In this document: positions 25,723-40,700 of the stretch, one piece after another
Layout of the letters: every line of letters starts with the position of its first letter
Position numbering within the stretch: the first letter of the stretch is position 1
NCBI GenBank assembly: GCA_003344405.1
Contig: NOWV01000013.1
Coordinates: 620,001 to 684,000, forward strand
Reading direction: 5' to 3'
Source of the DNA: Trichoplax sp. H2
Lineage: Eukaryota
Length of the DNA: 64,000 bases
Notes under the pieces: model-generated
The model's database searches: none
Seen by the model: only the letters and a program-made list of their open reading frames with translations
What the model was told of the DNA's origin: nothing
Made by a program: the position numbers and the translations under genes

Positions 25723-28700
25723 ATGGCCAAGAAACGAATGAAAAGTCTTAAGGATTCGATGGAGACGAGATTTAAAGTAAGTAGCAATGGTTGATTGTAC
25801 AAGCAATTCATTCTCCCTCTACAGGATTATTTGTACATTCTTTGCTGAAACATCATCTCTGTTTTTATCCATAATCATGCTCGTACCCGTTATCAAATCA
25901 TTGCCTGTATTTCAGGATAGGTATCAAGATATTCATTGCTCAAGGCTAATGCTAGTTATTGTTTAGTAGAAAAGCTACTATACATATGAAATGATCCAAT
26001 TTCAATTTGACTATATTGTATTGGCATTCCATGATGTAGATCAATACAAAAGCCAATGGATGATCCTTGTTAGCTTATACCACAACAGTCAGCCAGTGAT
26101 TACTGTATCTTTTGACAAAGAATTCAAGGTAGCATTGGTGTAGGATAAAGGATAAGCTAGAAAATAGAATTGGACAGCTTAACTCTTTATGATATAAAAT
26201 AATCAATATATACGAGCCTACCTATAATGTAGATACATTTGACGTAGTAGCTACAATAGCCTGCGCTACAGGCATTACATCCGTACGCCATTAGATAGAC
26301 TGACGTAGAGTAATAGTGTATATATATATAACATTAGCTATCTACATTACAGTACAGTATTCATGACTGATATGAAATAATCAATATATACGAACCTACC
26401 TATAATGTAGATAGATTTGAAGTAGTAGCTGCAATAGCCTGCGCTACAGGCATTACATCCGTACGCCATTACATAGACTGACGTAGAGTAATAGTGTATA
26501 TATAACATTACCTATCTACATTAGAGTATTCATGACTGATATAAAATAATCAATATATACGAACCTACCTATAATGTAGATAGATTTAAAGTAGTAGCTG
26601 CAATAGCCTGCGCTACAGGCATTACATCCGTACGCCATTTGATAGACTGACGTAGAGTAATAGTGTATATTACATTAGCCATCAACATTTAGAGTATTCA
26701 TGACTTACTCTGCAATTCATTTCAACTACTGGCATATACAGTAGTACTATAATCCATGATGGACTGCTCTTAGCTAATATACAGTATAATTGTAGTCCTA
26801 CTACAGTATAGCTTACCTACGATACCAGAAGAAAGATACATCCACTTATTACAAACATGTACTGAGAGAGATACTGCAAACGTATACTCGTGTTGTATCA
26901 GCTACTAAAATTATAATATTCCTTCACTCATAGTTGCAATCCTACCTACAACTTACTTACAGTACAGGTATTGACAAAATAATACAACTACATATACTTA
27001 TGTAGAAACATATTGAATATGGTATCAACCATTAAAATTATAATATTCATTCATGGCCAATTCACTACAATGTATTTGAAGTAGATGCATTTAGTAATCC
27101 ATGATACAAATTGCGGTCGTACCGTAGCTCGCTTATAGCAGGCATTGAGGAAAGATACAACTACACATTTGTAACGGTACAACTAATATGATGCATTATT
27201 TTCAAGAATTGGAATTCTATTACTCTATTTCTAACTTCTTCATTTTACAGTTTAAAGGTTTTCATGAACGTATTGCAAGCATTCGAATTGATGTCATTCA
27301 TCGAGCTCAAAAAAGGAAATCAAACCCTGAGGTTGAGATAATAACATAGCAAACGTGATTATTATAGAAAGTACTCAATTATTCTTATTCAAACTCTGCA
27401 GCTTCTTTACCCTTCTTGTAATACAGTAATGTTGTTCTACTTGTGTGATCAAATGTACTCCTACTATAATGTTCATTCATTATGTCATTTGCAAGAAATA
27501 GAAACAAATGCTCAAGTTCGTCTACATGAATATAGCATATATTCTTATCCAGAAAAGATTCGATATCGTTTAATCGTAGATAATTTTCTTATATGATGAT
27601 TTTTGAATAAATTAGAGAGATAACTTGAACACTTTTAGCTAACATGTGGACTAGCAGTACAGTATAACAGTGCAGCAATTTTTGGGGGAGCAAATGACAT
27701 ACTATTGTATGAAGTATATGTACATTCTTGTCTAGGGATATCCTAGCAACGAATTTATGAGAAATTTTATGTTACAATATATTTCTAGTCTAATGCAATC
27801 CTCAAACTAGTATTGTGATTTGCAGGCTAGTATTCCTTTGGATATGAATAGAGGCTATTACAGTATATAGTTGATAAGCAGTTGTGTCTTAATACTCTAG
27901 CTTAATTTAGCTTGTACTTACCTACGGTACGTTTTATAATCAGTCTAAGAATACACCACAATACAAGCGTTATTTGCAATCCAATGTCTGAAATTGTATG
28001 CAGTCTATAACCTGAATAATTCTAATTGAAAATTAAAAATTGATATTGCATTCAAACTATTTTAATTAGATTTATAGTTTTTATATGTAGAGATAGTACT
28101 GTGCTGATTTATACATGTTAGTCCTTGAGATTTATATTGATACCAGATAAATTTTTTATATAAGGATGCCGAGACGTTCTTTATGGAAGCATTATTTAAA
28201 TGGACTGACTTGAATTGTAGTACAGAATTTGGTTAGTACGTTCGAGTACTATAGTTTTAAAATTAGGATCATTTAAAAATAACATACGTATAATTTTGTT
28301 ATACTTCAATATTTCATCAGTACAATTCAGGCGTGAGGTTTATCACTATTGTCAAACTTTGCCTCAACTAGTCCATCATAAGGTGAGAAAGTTTGTATCG
28401 CTTAACAAATTAAAGGGCACTCTATGCCATGTATTTAGTTATCATGTTCCTGTATTGTTGCTAGTATTGTAAATACTTATGTGTATACAATAACAACTTA
28501 CTTTTACATCATCGATTGTACATCTTATTCTTATCAGCCCTGATTAACTTATTGCTGTGTAGCGTGTTGCGTGATTAGGGTATTACCATCTTTTAACGGG
28601 CGTTATTTTCTGTTATTATATGCATGAATGAAATTGACTATTAGAATGAAATTTTTCAATTACTGAAGACATATCTGGAGAAAAAATCAATTCTAACTAT

Positions 28701-31700
28701 ATCAACGTTATTAGAGTAAGGGAGTACTTGACAATTAATTTTCAAGTATTTCAATAAATTTTTAACTTGTAATTTAAAATTTTACTGTATAGCATGTTTG
28801 TAAACTAATTAATATAAAAATTTATAATTCTGTGTCTAACCAGTTTGGCCGTTAATTTTGCTCGTGACCTCCAAAGCGATTTCTACCCTTATTTTGGAGA
28901 ATTCTATGCGGTACTGATAGTCTTATTAAATGTGGGTGATCCAGATGTTATCGAAGTAAGAAAAACTTTCAAACTATACACATGTTGTCATTTTTTTATA
29001 ACTTTATGAAGTGTGAAGTAAATTAGGATTATTAATCTACTGATTGTGATTAGGATGTGTTTAAAACACTGGCGTATTTATTTAAATATCTTTGGAGACA
29101 CATGATTCCAGATTTACGCAATCTATTCAAGTTAGTTGTGTTTTATAGATCACCTGAACTACTTATTGAAATCCTTTGTCGTGTCATTGATCAAGAAATA
29201 GTGCTATGCTTTATATTGAAGTTTATCATTACTTTGTAGAGTTTATCAAGAAATGTTGAAAGATTCACAAAAAATTTATATAAAATCATTCGCAACGGAA
29301 AGTTTCTCATTCTTAATGCGTAAGGTAATACATTTAAGATGAATACAATTAAGTGTGTTGGGGGTACTCTATTATTAAATTTATTATCTAGTATTCTAAA
29401 ATGACAAAAATTAAGTCATCTAAATAACCTTTTAATTATTCTAAACACTTCTAGGCTCCAGATCAGCATACTCTTGCCAATTATGTATTATCGTATTTGG
29501 ATAATGCAACTGAGGTTACTTAGATTAACATTAAATACTGACTGTAAAGGTCAAAAATAGCATTTGTAAAATTTTATATCTGTACTGACTATAATTATAA
29601 TCATAGCTGTGCGAAGGCATTGGATTGTTATATTTTGAAACGATCAAAGGAGTTAGTGGACAATTTCATACTTGTATTAACGAGGTAAATCTATAATTTT
29701 ATGCTTGTACTTTAATAACTTTAAGATATTTGAATTGGTTGATAGCTATAAATTCTATTATGCTACGTTATACAAGGATTGTTTTACATTTACTGATATT
29801 ACATAACCCTAGGTATTACCTGTTTTATTACAAAAATTGGGACCCATTCAGGAGATCTCTAATATCGAATCCCTTGCATACGACTCTGTACGTAATAATA
29901 AATTATAATCGATCTTCTTTGCCTTGCATATCATATTGGAGTTACGTAGTTGCACATATTGTTTTTTGATTTATGAGTATTAATTTATTAACTTCTATTG
30001 GTCAGGTTATGAAGACATTAGTATACACCGTTCAGGCTTGCGCAGCGCATAGCCAAAATGCTTATATGCAGCCTGTTTGGAATGCACTTTCGGTATGCGA
30101 GAATGTTATTTAACCAGTATACTTCTACACATTTTTCAAATTTTATTCATTATAGCAGAATAATATTGACCTGATATTAACTTGTGATTTAAGATCTCGA
30201 TGTAATTTCTAATTTTTAATCAATATAGTTTGTACTCTTTTAAAAATTTCTGTAGAGTGAAGTCAAACGTTTACATGAAAAGCTGCATAAGTTTACAAAA
30301 GAGGAAGAACATCATCAACTAGCGCGTCTACTACATTTAGTCAAGGAATTGATTCAGTGTGGTCGCAGTCGATGTATTGTTGACTTTCGATCATTTTTCG
30401 AGGTATTACTAGCTCCATCTAAGTATTTTGCTAATTTGAAGAAAACTTATATTCCTTACCTTGGGGTGTTTTTTTGAAAAGGATCTTAAGAAATTGTTAT
30501 TTGATCCCTCGCTACAACTTGAACATGTTAACGCCATCATTGAGATCTTTGCTTGCAGTCTTGTATCCCTAGACCGGATAATTGATAAAGTTCTACAAGA
30601 AGATATTGCAGATGCGGTACGTCTATTAACGCGACAATTTTATCTACAATTTCTAAAGGTGTTCGTTCGCAGAACTAATATTATTTTCTACTTTATTGCA
30701 TGTTTTTGTAGGTTTTTTCTTGTAATTGTGCTGTTTCTGTGGTTAGCAACTTTTGCCATCAATGTCAAGATGCCCCTTTATATGCTGAAGTAAGTCGATT
30801 TATTTGATATATAATATTAACTGGCATTAATAGAGTGCTACAATTAGTTATGTTTAAACACTATCTATAGGTAATCTTTCAAAAATTATCACAATACTGT
30901 GGGAACAAAACCTTAAGAAATAGCAACATCCAGATTCGGGATGAGCTATTGGAAGTATTAGCGAACGTATTAACGAACGCTGAGCGTAGTAGAACTTACA
31001 GAATAAACTTTGATAGTTGTGTGCCGCCAGAAATTTTAAAAGGAATGAGCTTAGAAGCAGTGCCTGAAGAAATTGTTAATGCTCTTTTTTTAAGTAATCT
31101 TAATCCTCCAATTAAACAAGAAAGAGTAGCAGCTGCTTGGTCATCTTTGCTTTGTCTACGCCATACAAAGTCCGTAATGCGTAATATTGATAACAGATAC
31201 CAAAAATTCTTGCATCATTAAATCCCTTAGAGTGTGTAATTTCTTGATAGCAATTAGGACAATTATTGATTCTTTTTAATATCATAGGTTAAGCCGTTTA
31301 AATGACAGTGTGGAATGTGTAACTTCTGTCATGCTGTGGACCATAAATAAGATATTAGCTACAGAAGAGAATAGCTGGACAAACAATTTGCTACATACAT
31401 TCAGTCAAGCAGTCCTTTATCTTGTTGGATCTTTAGCTATTAAAGATACGATAGCTGTATTACCATTACAGACATTGATAAAGATGCCGAAATATTGTTT
31501 TCATCACGAAGGGTTTCTTTATGCTGTCAATTTCTATATGGAAAAAGTTGGTCAGGAAGATCATATTGATATATTTACTAGTGATAACGTAAAGACGATA
31601 TTTTCATTACTGGCCTCGAATTTTTCGTCTCCTTCGCGACCGGTTAGTTCACTTTTTAATGAGATAGAATCGAATAATTTTAATAATTTTAAAATTAATT

Positions 31701-34700
31701 ATATTGATGCAGTTGAGGCTGTTGTCTCTGAAAATACTACGTAATATCGTTAAACCGATCGTTTCGTCGGAAGATGCTGATCGCAATGGTTGGTCGGATA
31801 CGGCGAAGAACATAATAAATAACCTTGTTATGGCTGAAGAAGCTTCCCCAACATTTCATGGCTATCGTGATAGGCTTATGCATTTAAGGAAATTAGTGTA
31901 TTCTAGGTAACTGAATAATAAATATGTATGATATGATACATAACAGATATCTGGAGTTTGGCACAGCCCTAATTGTTGCTATCTCCAGCAAAGCTAGTTG
32001 GATTAATGTAGTTAATACGACATTAGTATCTAGTGATAATTTTTACCGCTAAAATTAGTTCATGGCTTTAGAAAGGTTAATAATTTTTTATATCTATTCA
32101 GGGAAGTTTACGAAGGGTTGCCTCGAATTTTACATGAAGGAGTTTTGCAATATATAATTGGACAATTCTACGTCAATTTAAATTTAATATGGAATGAAAT
32201 TATAGCAATTTTAAAAACTTTTGCTGGAGATATGATAATATTTTGGCCTGTATTCAGGGAACATCTTGATAGATCTGAGATAGTAGGTCAGTCGTACGAT
32301 ATATATCATTAATTTTGCTAAGAATAATAAACTTAAATGAACCCTGTCTGTTCTTTTGTAAATTGTCTGACTACTTTCATTACTTATTATTGTAGACAAA
32401 TCTTCTTCAGAAAGTTACTCGATTGCTGATGAAGCGATTAACAATGACATAGAAAATTTTACGAGCAACAGTTTGATGAGATGCTTCAATTCTTATGTAT
32501 TGGCTGGTTATGTACCACGTGAAGAAGGAGTAAATTCTCGGCCGGATAATCAAAATTTTCGTTATTTGTTATGGAAATCGATGTTAGAATTTAGTGACTC
32601 TGCAGAATCAAAATCTCGTGATTTTATCTCTCATTTTATTCGATTTGCTAGGTATAGTAAGGGTATCATTTCAGCTTTTACCTGATAATTTTAAATTATT
32701 AGAATAGTTCAGGATATATTAACATGATTCATATCTGGAATCAAATAAATTTTTTCTTAGGAATGAATTTCTTGTCGATGGCCAGGAGATAGTATCATTT
32801 AATGAACTAAATCGACAATTAAACGATAATAACGATAATATAGATGATAATGATAATGACATCGCAGGGAATGATGTTGTGACACATGGTTTTAAAAGTT
32901 CCGTGCGCATGAGAAGAAATCATTACATTGTCAAGTATATCTTTAGATTAAAAATTTATGTCGTGTTTTAAAATTTGATGTTGATCTTTTTATTGCACTT
33001 CTTTCATGCTTAGGCTGCTTTCGGTTCAACTCTCCTTATTTGCAAAATTTAGAAATCCCAAAGCATTGTATAAGGAAGCCCAACTTCGTGATATTTACAA
33101 TAATGTGTGTTGTGTACCATTATTGCTCAATAAATCTTGTCTTATGCTATAGATTAAACAAGTATTGTTAATTTCTCTTGTACTAATTTTTACAATTTTG
33201 AATAGCTCTTGCTGCATAATGATCCTAAAGTACAAATGCTAGTTATCAATGTTTTATTAACGTACAAATATTCCTATTTAATTCAATACAAGTAAGTTGT
33301 TTTCTAGCTAGTCACTGTTTTCAATTTTGGTGTAACAGGCTAGATCGTAATTGCTATTAAATATTAATTGATATCAATTTTTCTAATAGAGAAAACTTTG
33401 AAAACCTTTTGAATGATGAATCATTTCGTGACGAATTAACTAAATTCAGGTAGATAGTACCTATATACTCTTAGCTTTACTATTCTATCTTACTTTATAT
33501 ATACATAATATGATACTTTGCATACCGGATATTAATACATTCTTATTCCTAACATAAATTAGTATTGATCCATCTTCATCTGTGATTGATAATGCTCATC
33601 GTAAGGACTTAATCCCAATCCTAATAAGGTAACTGTTAATTACCCCCTAAATGTCTAGAGATGTGTTTAATTTCATGATGTTATTAAGAGAAATAACTTT
33701 CGTTGTATTTCTTCTTAATAATTAGAATACTATATGGGCAGTTGTTTCGCCGATCTTTAGGTGCCGATAACAAAAGTAATATTGCATCTAGAAGAGCCTT
33801 TATTTTAAGATTTCTTGCTGGGTGCACAAACGATGAATTTCAAATTTTCACTAATTTACTGTTTGAACCTTTCGAGGGTAAGCTTATGTTCTTTTCATTC
33901 TTATTTATGTAAGTACGTTAGATGTTGCTGAACGTAATATCTTATTAATTGCATGTTGTAAATTGCATTTTTAACACTAGGTTTAGATAAAATTAAGCCG
34001 TTATACAATGAGATGCAGAAAATACCCATTAAGAAGCGGATAGGGTATAAGTTAATTGCTCAATACTACATAATAATAGAATTACTACACAACTGGATAC
34101 GAGTTATTCCTTACAACTGTCATTTTTTCGCTTGATCTCTTTTAAAATTATTAGATTTTTATCGATGTTTTCACTAATTATTTCAAAACTTGGCACAAAA
34201 GTTACGGATATCTTACCGTCGTTCCTTGATGTTTTATTGGCTATAACTGATGATTGTATCGTTACTTTATCTGAACGCCAGCAGGTTTTATTAATAAACT
34301 TTAAAGTGTATTGTAAATTTACTATTTTTAGCGTCTTGTATTATCTTTTTATCAGATTGATGGTAAAATCCTTCCTTCCATGAAGAAAATCCGGCAGTTG
34401 GCATATAATTCTATTCGATTGGTATTATTATCCGTAATATTATCAATTATTATCATTATTGCTTTCATTTTGTACTTAAAATCAATTCTTCTTTGCAGGT
34501 TTTTCAAGTATTTGAGGATTTTGACTTTTCTAATCATATTAAAGATATTTTTAGAGTGGCAGTCTGGCCTCAGGTTGATTATTTAAAATTTTTTACGAAA
34601 GTCGACGCTGTAATTAATATGTTTCATAATTTAGTTAAATTTTTTATCAGCTTTCAAGATTGCCTACAGAATGTATCCAACATCCAACGCCTTTGTTAAA

Positions 34701-37700
34701 ACTTTTTTATATCTGGAGTCAGAATACAATGTAAATAAATTTTGGTACAATCTTTGTTTAGTGAATACTGTATAGTTTAAGAAACGCTGAAAAAATTTGA
34801 TTTGCTATTCTTTTGCAGATATGTCCCCTTTCTTTACCAATGGCACCCTAACAACGAAAATCAGTTCATTTTGTCTGAGATTTTTTCTTGCTTGTCATCT
34901 CCGAAGGTCTCTTCAGCAGTTGTGACGATGGTTTTAGAAATAGCTAACAATCTTCTGTTGGCGAATGAAGTAAATCCCGATTCTGATAGGTCAGTATTTG
35001 ATCATGTTATATCGTAGCGTTGGTGATGTAACTGCTTAAGATGGCATCTATTCTAATTTACTTAATTCGTGCCAATTCATACCCACTAATTTTGAAATTA
35101 TAGACGGGAAGTGTTATCGTCCTATATTGGAATGTTATTACGCCATTTAAGCGATAGTTTAAGTTCTTACCTTGCTGTAACAAGTAGTCACCCTAGTAAG
35201 CTGAATAAAATGTCATCTGTGACAAAGCTGGAATTTTCTGTATTATCGAAGTAAGTGAGATCATTTAGATGATAGCAATTGACAATCCGATATCTGAATA
35301 TATAGTATTGTCTTCAATCTTTAATTATTAATAGGATTAGCCCGTTAGTATCGTCAAGTGATGAAAGTTGCGACTTAATTAGGCTACTTTTGAAGTTTAT
35401 TTCCAAGGGCAAGCGATTAGATAAAGTAAGGAATGATTTAATGCTGCTGATAGGTCAAAATAAATGTTAAGATGCATCATTTTATTTAGAATATGAATTC
35501 TTTTCTATATACTATCTTATTATTATCCATTAATCGATTTTGATATCCACAGTATACTGAAGCCAACATCCTTCAATCCATTTGCAATCTTATTGGTTAT
35601 GTAACAGATCGTATGAAATTTTTTAAGTTAGTAATTGACAGCTTGATAATATTAAATATTGCTAATTATGGATTTTAACTGTTTTGGCTGAGATTGCTAC
35701 AACGCTATATTAAACTATACAATTATCCTAAATCCTATGTATTTAGCGAAATAGCAATTTTATTTACTCGTATTTCCGGCCGTGAGTCAAGGGATCTTTT
35801 ATGTAATACCTTAAAGGTAGCTAATTTGGAATATTTCTAGCGGACTAGTTTCGTATGAGTGAAGCTATTGACATTGGATCTCATTTATTGTTTCATTCTC
35901 AGGCAATTTGTTGCGATGAAGTTGGATTACTGGAGAACATTTATCTCATTTTTCAGGTTATACGCATAATCTGCTAATATCCTAATTTTTCTGCTGTGCT
36001 ACCTGTATGTTTGGGTACTGTAAATGCCATTTGAAGTGTTTTTCGTAATATGGTTGTCACTGTTGCTTTAATTTGTTCACACATAAAGTTGAATTGCTGG
36101 GAAATTGAGCAACTAGATCAACCGGATTATGAAAAGAGATTAAAAGCTTTTTCGACCGTGAACAAATTGATTAAGGATGGTATCCAGAATCCACACTTTT
36201 ATCTACCTGTTGTGTGCAATTGTTTATATTTTACCCTTCAGGTAATAAATTTCGTGAAGAGAACAATATTATTCAAGTCTGAAATATTATTTGGATAACT
36301 ACTATGAATACTTTAGTTAGAAATGAAATAATCGATCTGATGTATTCAGTATCAAACCTACAGATCTAATTCTTAATTAATTTCAGGCGGATGATACTGC
36401 TATGCTGCATTCTAGCGGATATTGTCTAGATTTAATTGTTGGGTGCTTAACTGTAGGTACGGTGATTACTGGCAAGTTGTAATCGATGGTTTCCTTAACT
36501 TTAGATATATAGTTATCATCTAAAATAAGCTTTTATTATAGGTAAAGATGACGAAGTTATCGATACATGCATCATGCAGAGCATGCTTTCTACTATCAAA
36601 CAGGGTATTAAAGTGCAGAATGAAGTCAGTGCGGCACTTAATCTTAATTTTGTAAATATATTTTTAGAATTTAATTATAGTCTGACAGTTTGTTTATGAA
36701 ACTGTTTTGTTAAATATAGGTGAGCAGAAACGAATTTATTCGACTTTTGGGAGTAATTGTTAGAAAATTTTCATCAAGTAAAAAGTTAAGTTGTATACAT
36801 GGGTTACTAAATCAGAATCCAGACCTAGATTTTTTTGAAAATGTCCGACATTTACAGGTATCGTGCATAATTTTGTTACTGACTATTATTTACATAGTGA
36901 TAGTCCAATAAATTGCATCATTCATTTCTTAAGAATGTCATTTATTTGTGTTAGGTTCACAGGAGAATTAGAGCTTTCAAACAGTTAGCAGCTTATTGCC
37001 GGCAATCTCAATTATCAGCTGACTGGGCTGTATCATTTTTCTTGCCTATGGCTACAAATCATATCTTCGACAAAAAAGGTTCCAAAGATCCGAATTTAAT
37101 AACAGAAGTTATTAATGTTGTTGGGGCTATTGCATATTTAATGCCGTGGCATAGATATGTGTTTCATCTAAGGCATTTTCTAAGGCAGCTAACTAGGCGG
37201 ATAAATATTCAAAAAATTCTTATTAGGTAATCCTTGATACCCGGTATTTGTTGGACGTACTTTTATTCATAGCTTCGGTAACCTAGATTGTAAGGGTAAC
37301 GTGAACACGTGCACAAGTGTGGAACTGCTATGATACAGTAGTGAGAGGCCTTACGCAAAATTCACCTTACACACCGATTATAGTTATTTATAAAATGCAG
37401 GCGTTTATCTACTTATATGATTGCCAGAGCAAAATTTTATCATTTTAGAAACCTGTGATTATTCTTCCATACAACTAGATATAACGACTATATTGTCTAT
37501 TTAATACACCATAGATAACTCGTAAATGCTAATCACTATCTTGCTGTACTTATGTATGTTATCGCTATCAATTGGTTTTGGTATTGTCTGTAGTGATTAA
37601 TTTTACGTTTAGTTATAGCAAAGCCACCTACGCATTTACTACCATCATGGTTGGTACAACTTAATTCTGTATTAAATTATTTGCGTAGGGTTATCGTGGC

Positions 37701-40700
37701 TGTTCTTGATAATTTTCACATTGACATCTCAAATGCGGACTGTTTACCTGGTTTGTGGTTATTAATTTGATGCTCTTAAGCTTTGACATGATATAGACAA
37801 TTAACCATATGGAAACTATTTTGATATCAAGTGTTGTATTCGTATTTTACAGGTCTTGATATAGCGAAAACAGGAGAACTATTTATTGAGACTGAAGAAA
37901 ACATAGTTGAAGATGCACAGGATAAATTAGATGAAGAGTTGACAGAATCAGCTAGTGATACTGTTGACTTACATCTTAAACAGAAAGTATTTTTAGATAT
38001 TACCTCAAAAATTTTACCCGAGCTTCGAGATTGCTTAAAGAGTAAAGTAAGTAGAAGGGATGACTCCTATATTGATCATTGCTTGCGATGTACCAATAAT
38101 GGTGACTAGTAATTTGCTAATTTGATGGCGATTAGCTGGACTACTGTTAACTACCTTGTAATTTTTTATTAGTCGATTGGAGCTCACAAGCATAGTTCTA
38201 TGAAAGATGATTATCAAAACGAGATGTTAAGGATACCACTAGCTTTAGCTATGGTTAAACTTTTACTTAAATTACCAAAATCTACATTGGAGGTTCATTT
38301 ACCTGGGTTAGATTTAAACAATATTGTCAGCGATTCAATAAACTTGATTAGGTCACATTAAATGTTGCTTAATTTATCATATAGAATTATCTTGCGTGTG
38401 TGTCAAGCCTTGAAAAGCCACAATCAAGAAGTGCGCGATATTTGTCGTGATATTCTCACAAAAATTGCGGATGCATTAGGGCCAAATTATTTATCATACG
38501 TTGTTAAAGAATTAAGGACAACGTTAGCTAGAGGTTATCAGGTGAGTAGACATTTCAGGATAAAAACATTGTCTAAGTCAAGTTATATGAGATTCACTAG
38601 AATTTAATTGATTTCTCATGCTTTACGTACAGTTACATATTTTAGGGTATACTCTTCATTCTGTATTACTTGGAATAACAGAACAGTTAAAGCCTGGCAA
38701 TCTAGACGTTTGCATCGAAATGATAATGGAAGTCAGTGTATAATACTAGTCTGGTATACTAATGCTGTTTATTTCGCTATTATTACTGAATTAGTATTTC
38801 TGCTGCATGTAATTTAGATCGCCATTGAAGACACATTTGGCGATAGAGCCAATGAAAAGGAGATTGACAGTATATCTAAGAAATTACGCGAATCTAAAAA
38901 TAAAAGTTATGGTACATTTGAAATATTGGCTACTTATGCTAGTAATAATTCAATCGGAAATGTATTACTCCCATTAAAGAAGGTAAGCAAGTATTTTCTA
39001 TTAAAAAGAGCTAGCAAATTTCTTTTCATTTTATTATCCTCTTTATTTTTTCATAATCTTAATAGATATTGCAGGAAGCCCAGAATACTAAAATAGTCAA
39101 TCGGGTTGAATCCGTACTTCATAGAATTTGCACGGGATTGCTTAAGAACAGTGACTTCAATTTTGAAAGTTTATTAATTTTAGCCTATCAAGCTATCAAT
39201 GAGAGCTCAGCTTTATTACAGAGTGACGGTCAAAAGCTAGACGAGGATCTAGGCCAAATCAGTAACGCGGAAAATAGAAGCATATCATTTTTATTGTTAC
39301 CGGAACCACGTAGAGGAGGAAATCAACCAAAAGCAAATTTAAAGACTAATTCTTACGTATTTGTGGAATTTGGCCTAAAAATCTTTCTGATGATAATAAA
39401 AAATCGGACCATTAAAAAAGAAGATAAAGAATGTATTCAAATGTTAGATCCTTACCTTAATCTATTAAATGGGTGTATGAAATCGGATAATATAAAAGTA
39501 TGATGTTATTGAGATTATTACGTTTACATATATATATATATATATAAATATTATCGTTATGATACATCAGTGGCACAATTTTTCATGGGTAACAGATGTT
39601 ATTTTGATGCTGATAGGTACTTAGTTTAGTTGTACGCAGTCTCACTTGGCTAATTAAGCAACCTTTGCCGTCGCTTAAGACTGTTCTTCCTGCATTATCG
39701 CGTAAACTTTTCAAAGTATTACGTATTTATGCTCGAGCTGGAGCCGGAAAAGGCAATAATGCGGAACTTGTGCACTCATCATTTAAGGTAATTTTATGCT
39801 ATTACTGCACTGGATTATATTGTGTATACATTCCATCTGTTACTAGTAAGTGATGAAATTGTACGAGTTCTTAATACACTGTCTTCTTATCTTAGGCTGT
39901 CTCTATCCTTATTGGTAATTACGGTGATGTAGTTTTATCCCCTAATCATGTTAAGGTTTGGCACAAATGAACATATTTAAAATGATGAGTGAAATCGATT
40001 TTTAGCTTACTTTAGACTGTTTCTTATTGAAGCTATTGCTTACGTACGTCGAAGAGGATATCCATGACCATTCACGGCAAGCAACTGCCTTATCTGTCAT
40101 TAAGGTTTTACACTTCATATGATTAATAGAAAATAATATACAATATATACGTGTATATTTGTATATTGTTATATGTTTGAGCCACATTACTTTACATTTT
40201 ATGGATCTCAGGCCATCGTCTCACGTGGTATAGAAGCTGAAGAAGTGCATGATATCATGATAAAAATACAAGAAATGTCAATTAACGGTAGCCCTGATTT
40301 TGTCAGACTTCAATGTCGCCAGGTGATTGTCAACGTTCATTTTTCGTTAAATCTTCTCATATTCGTAATTTTAAGTAGAGATCTTACTCAAAATGTATTC
40401 TTGAATGTTTTCAGCTTTATATGCGCTATGTATTAGATTATCCGCTGGGCAAAAAAATCGAAAAAATCATTCAATTCTATTTAAACAATCTAAAGTAGGA
40501 GCACTTTTGCACTGTAGTATTATTTCTAATAAAAAATTTATTGTAGTATTGTTGATGTTTTGACTATTATGAATGTTTTCAGTCATGAGTACGAAACCGG
40601 TCGGATCTCTGCGCTCGAAATGATAGCTAGCATGTTAAATGAATTTCCCTCGGTAAAATTCGCATTTACTATAGATTGATCATTTTAAAGGTTATTTCTC

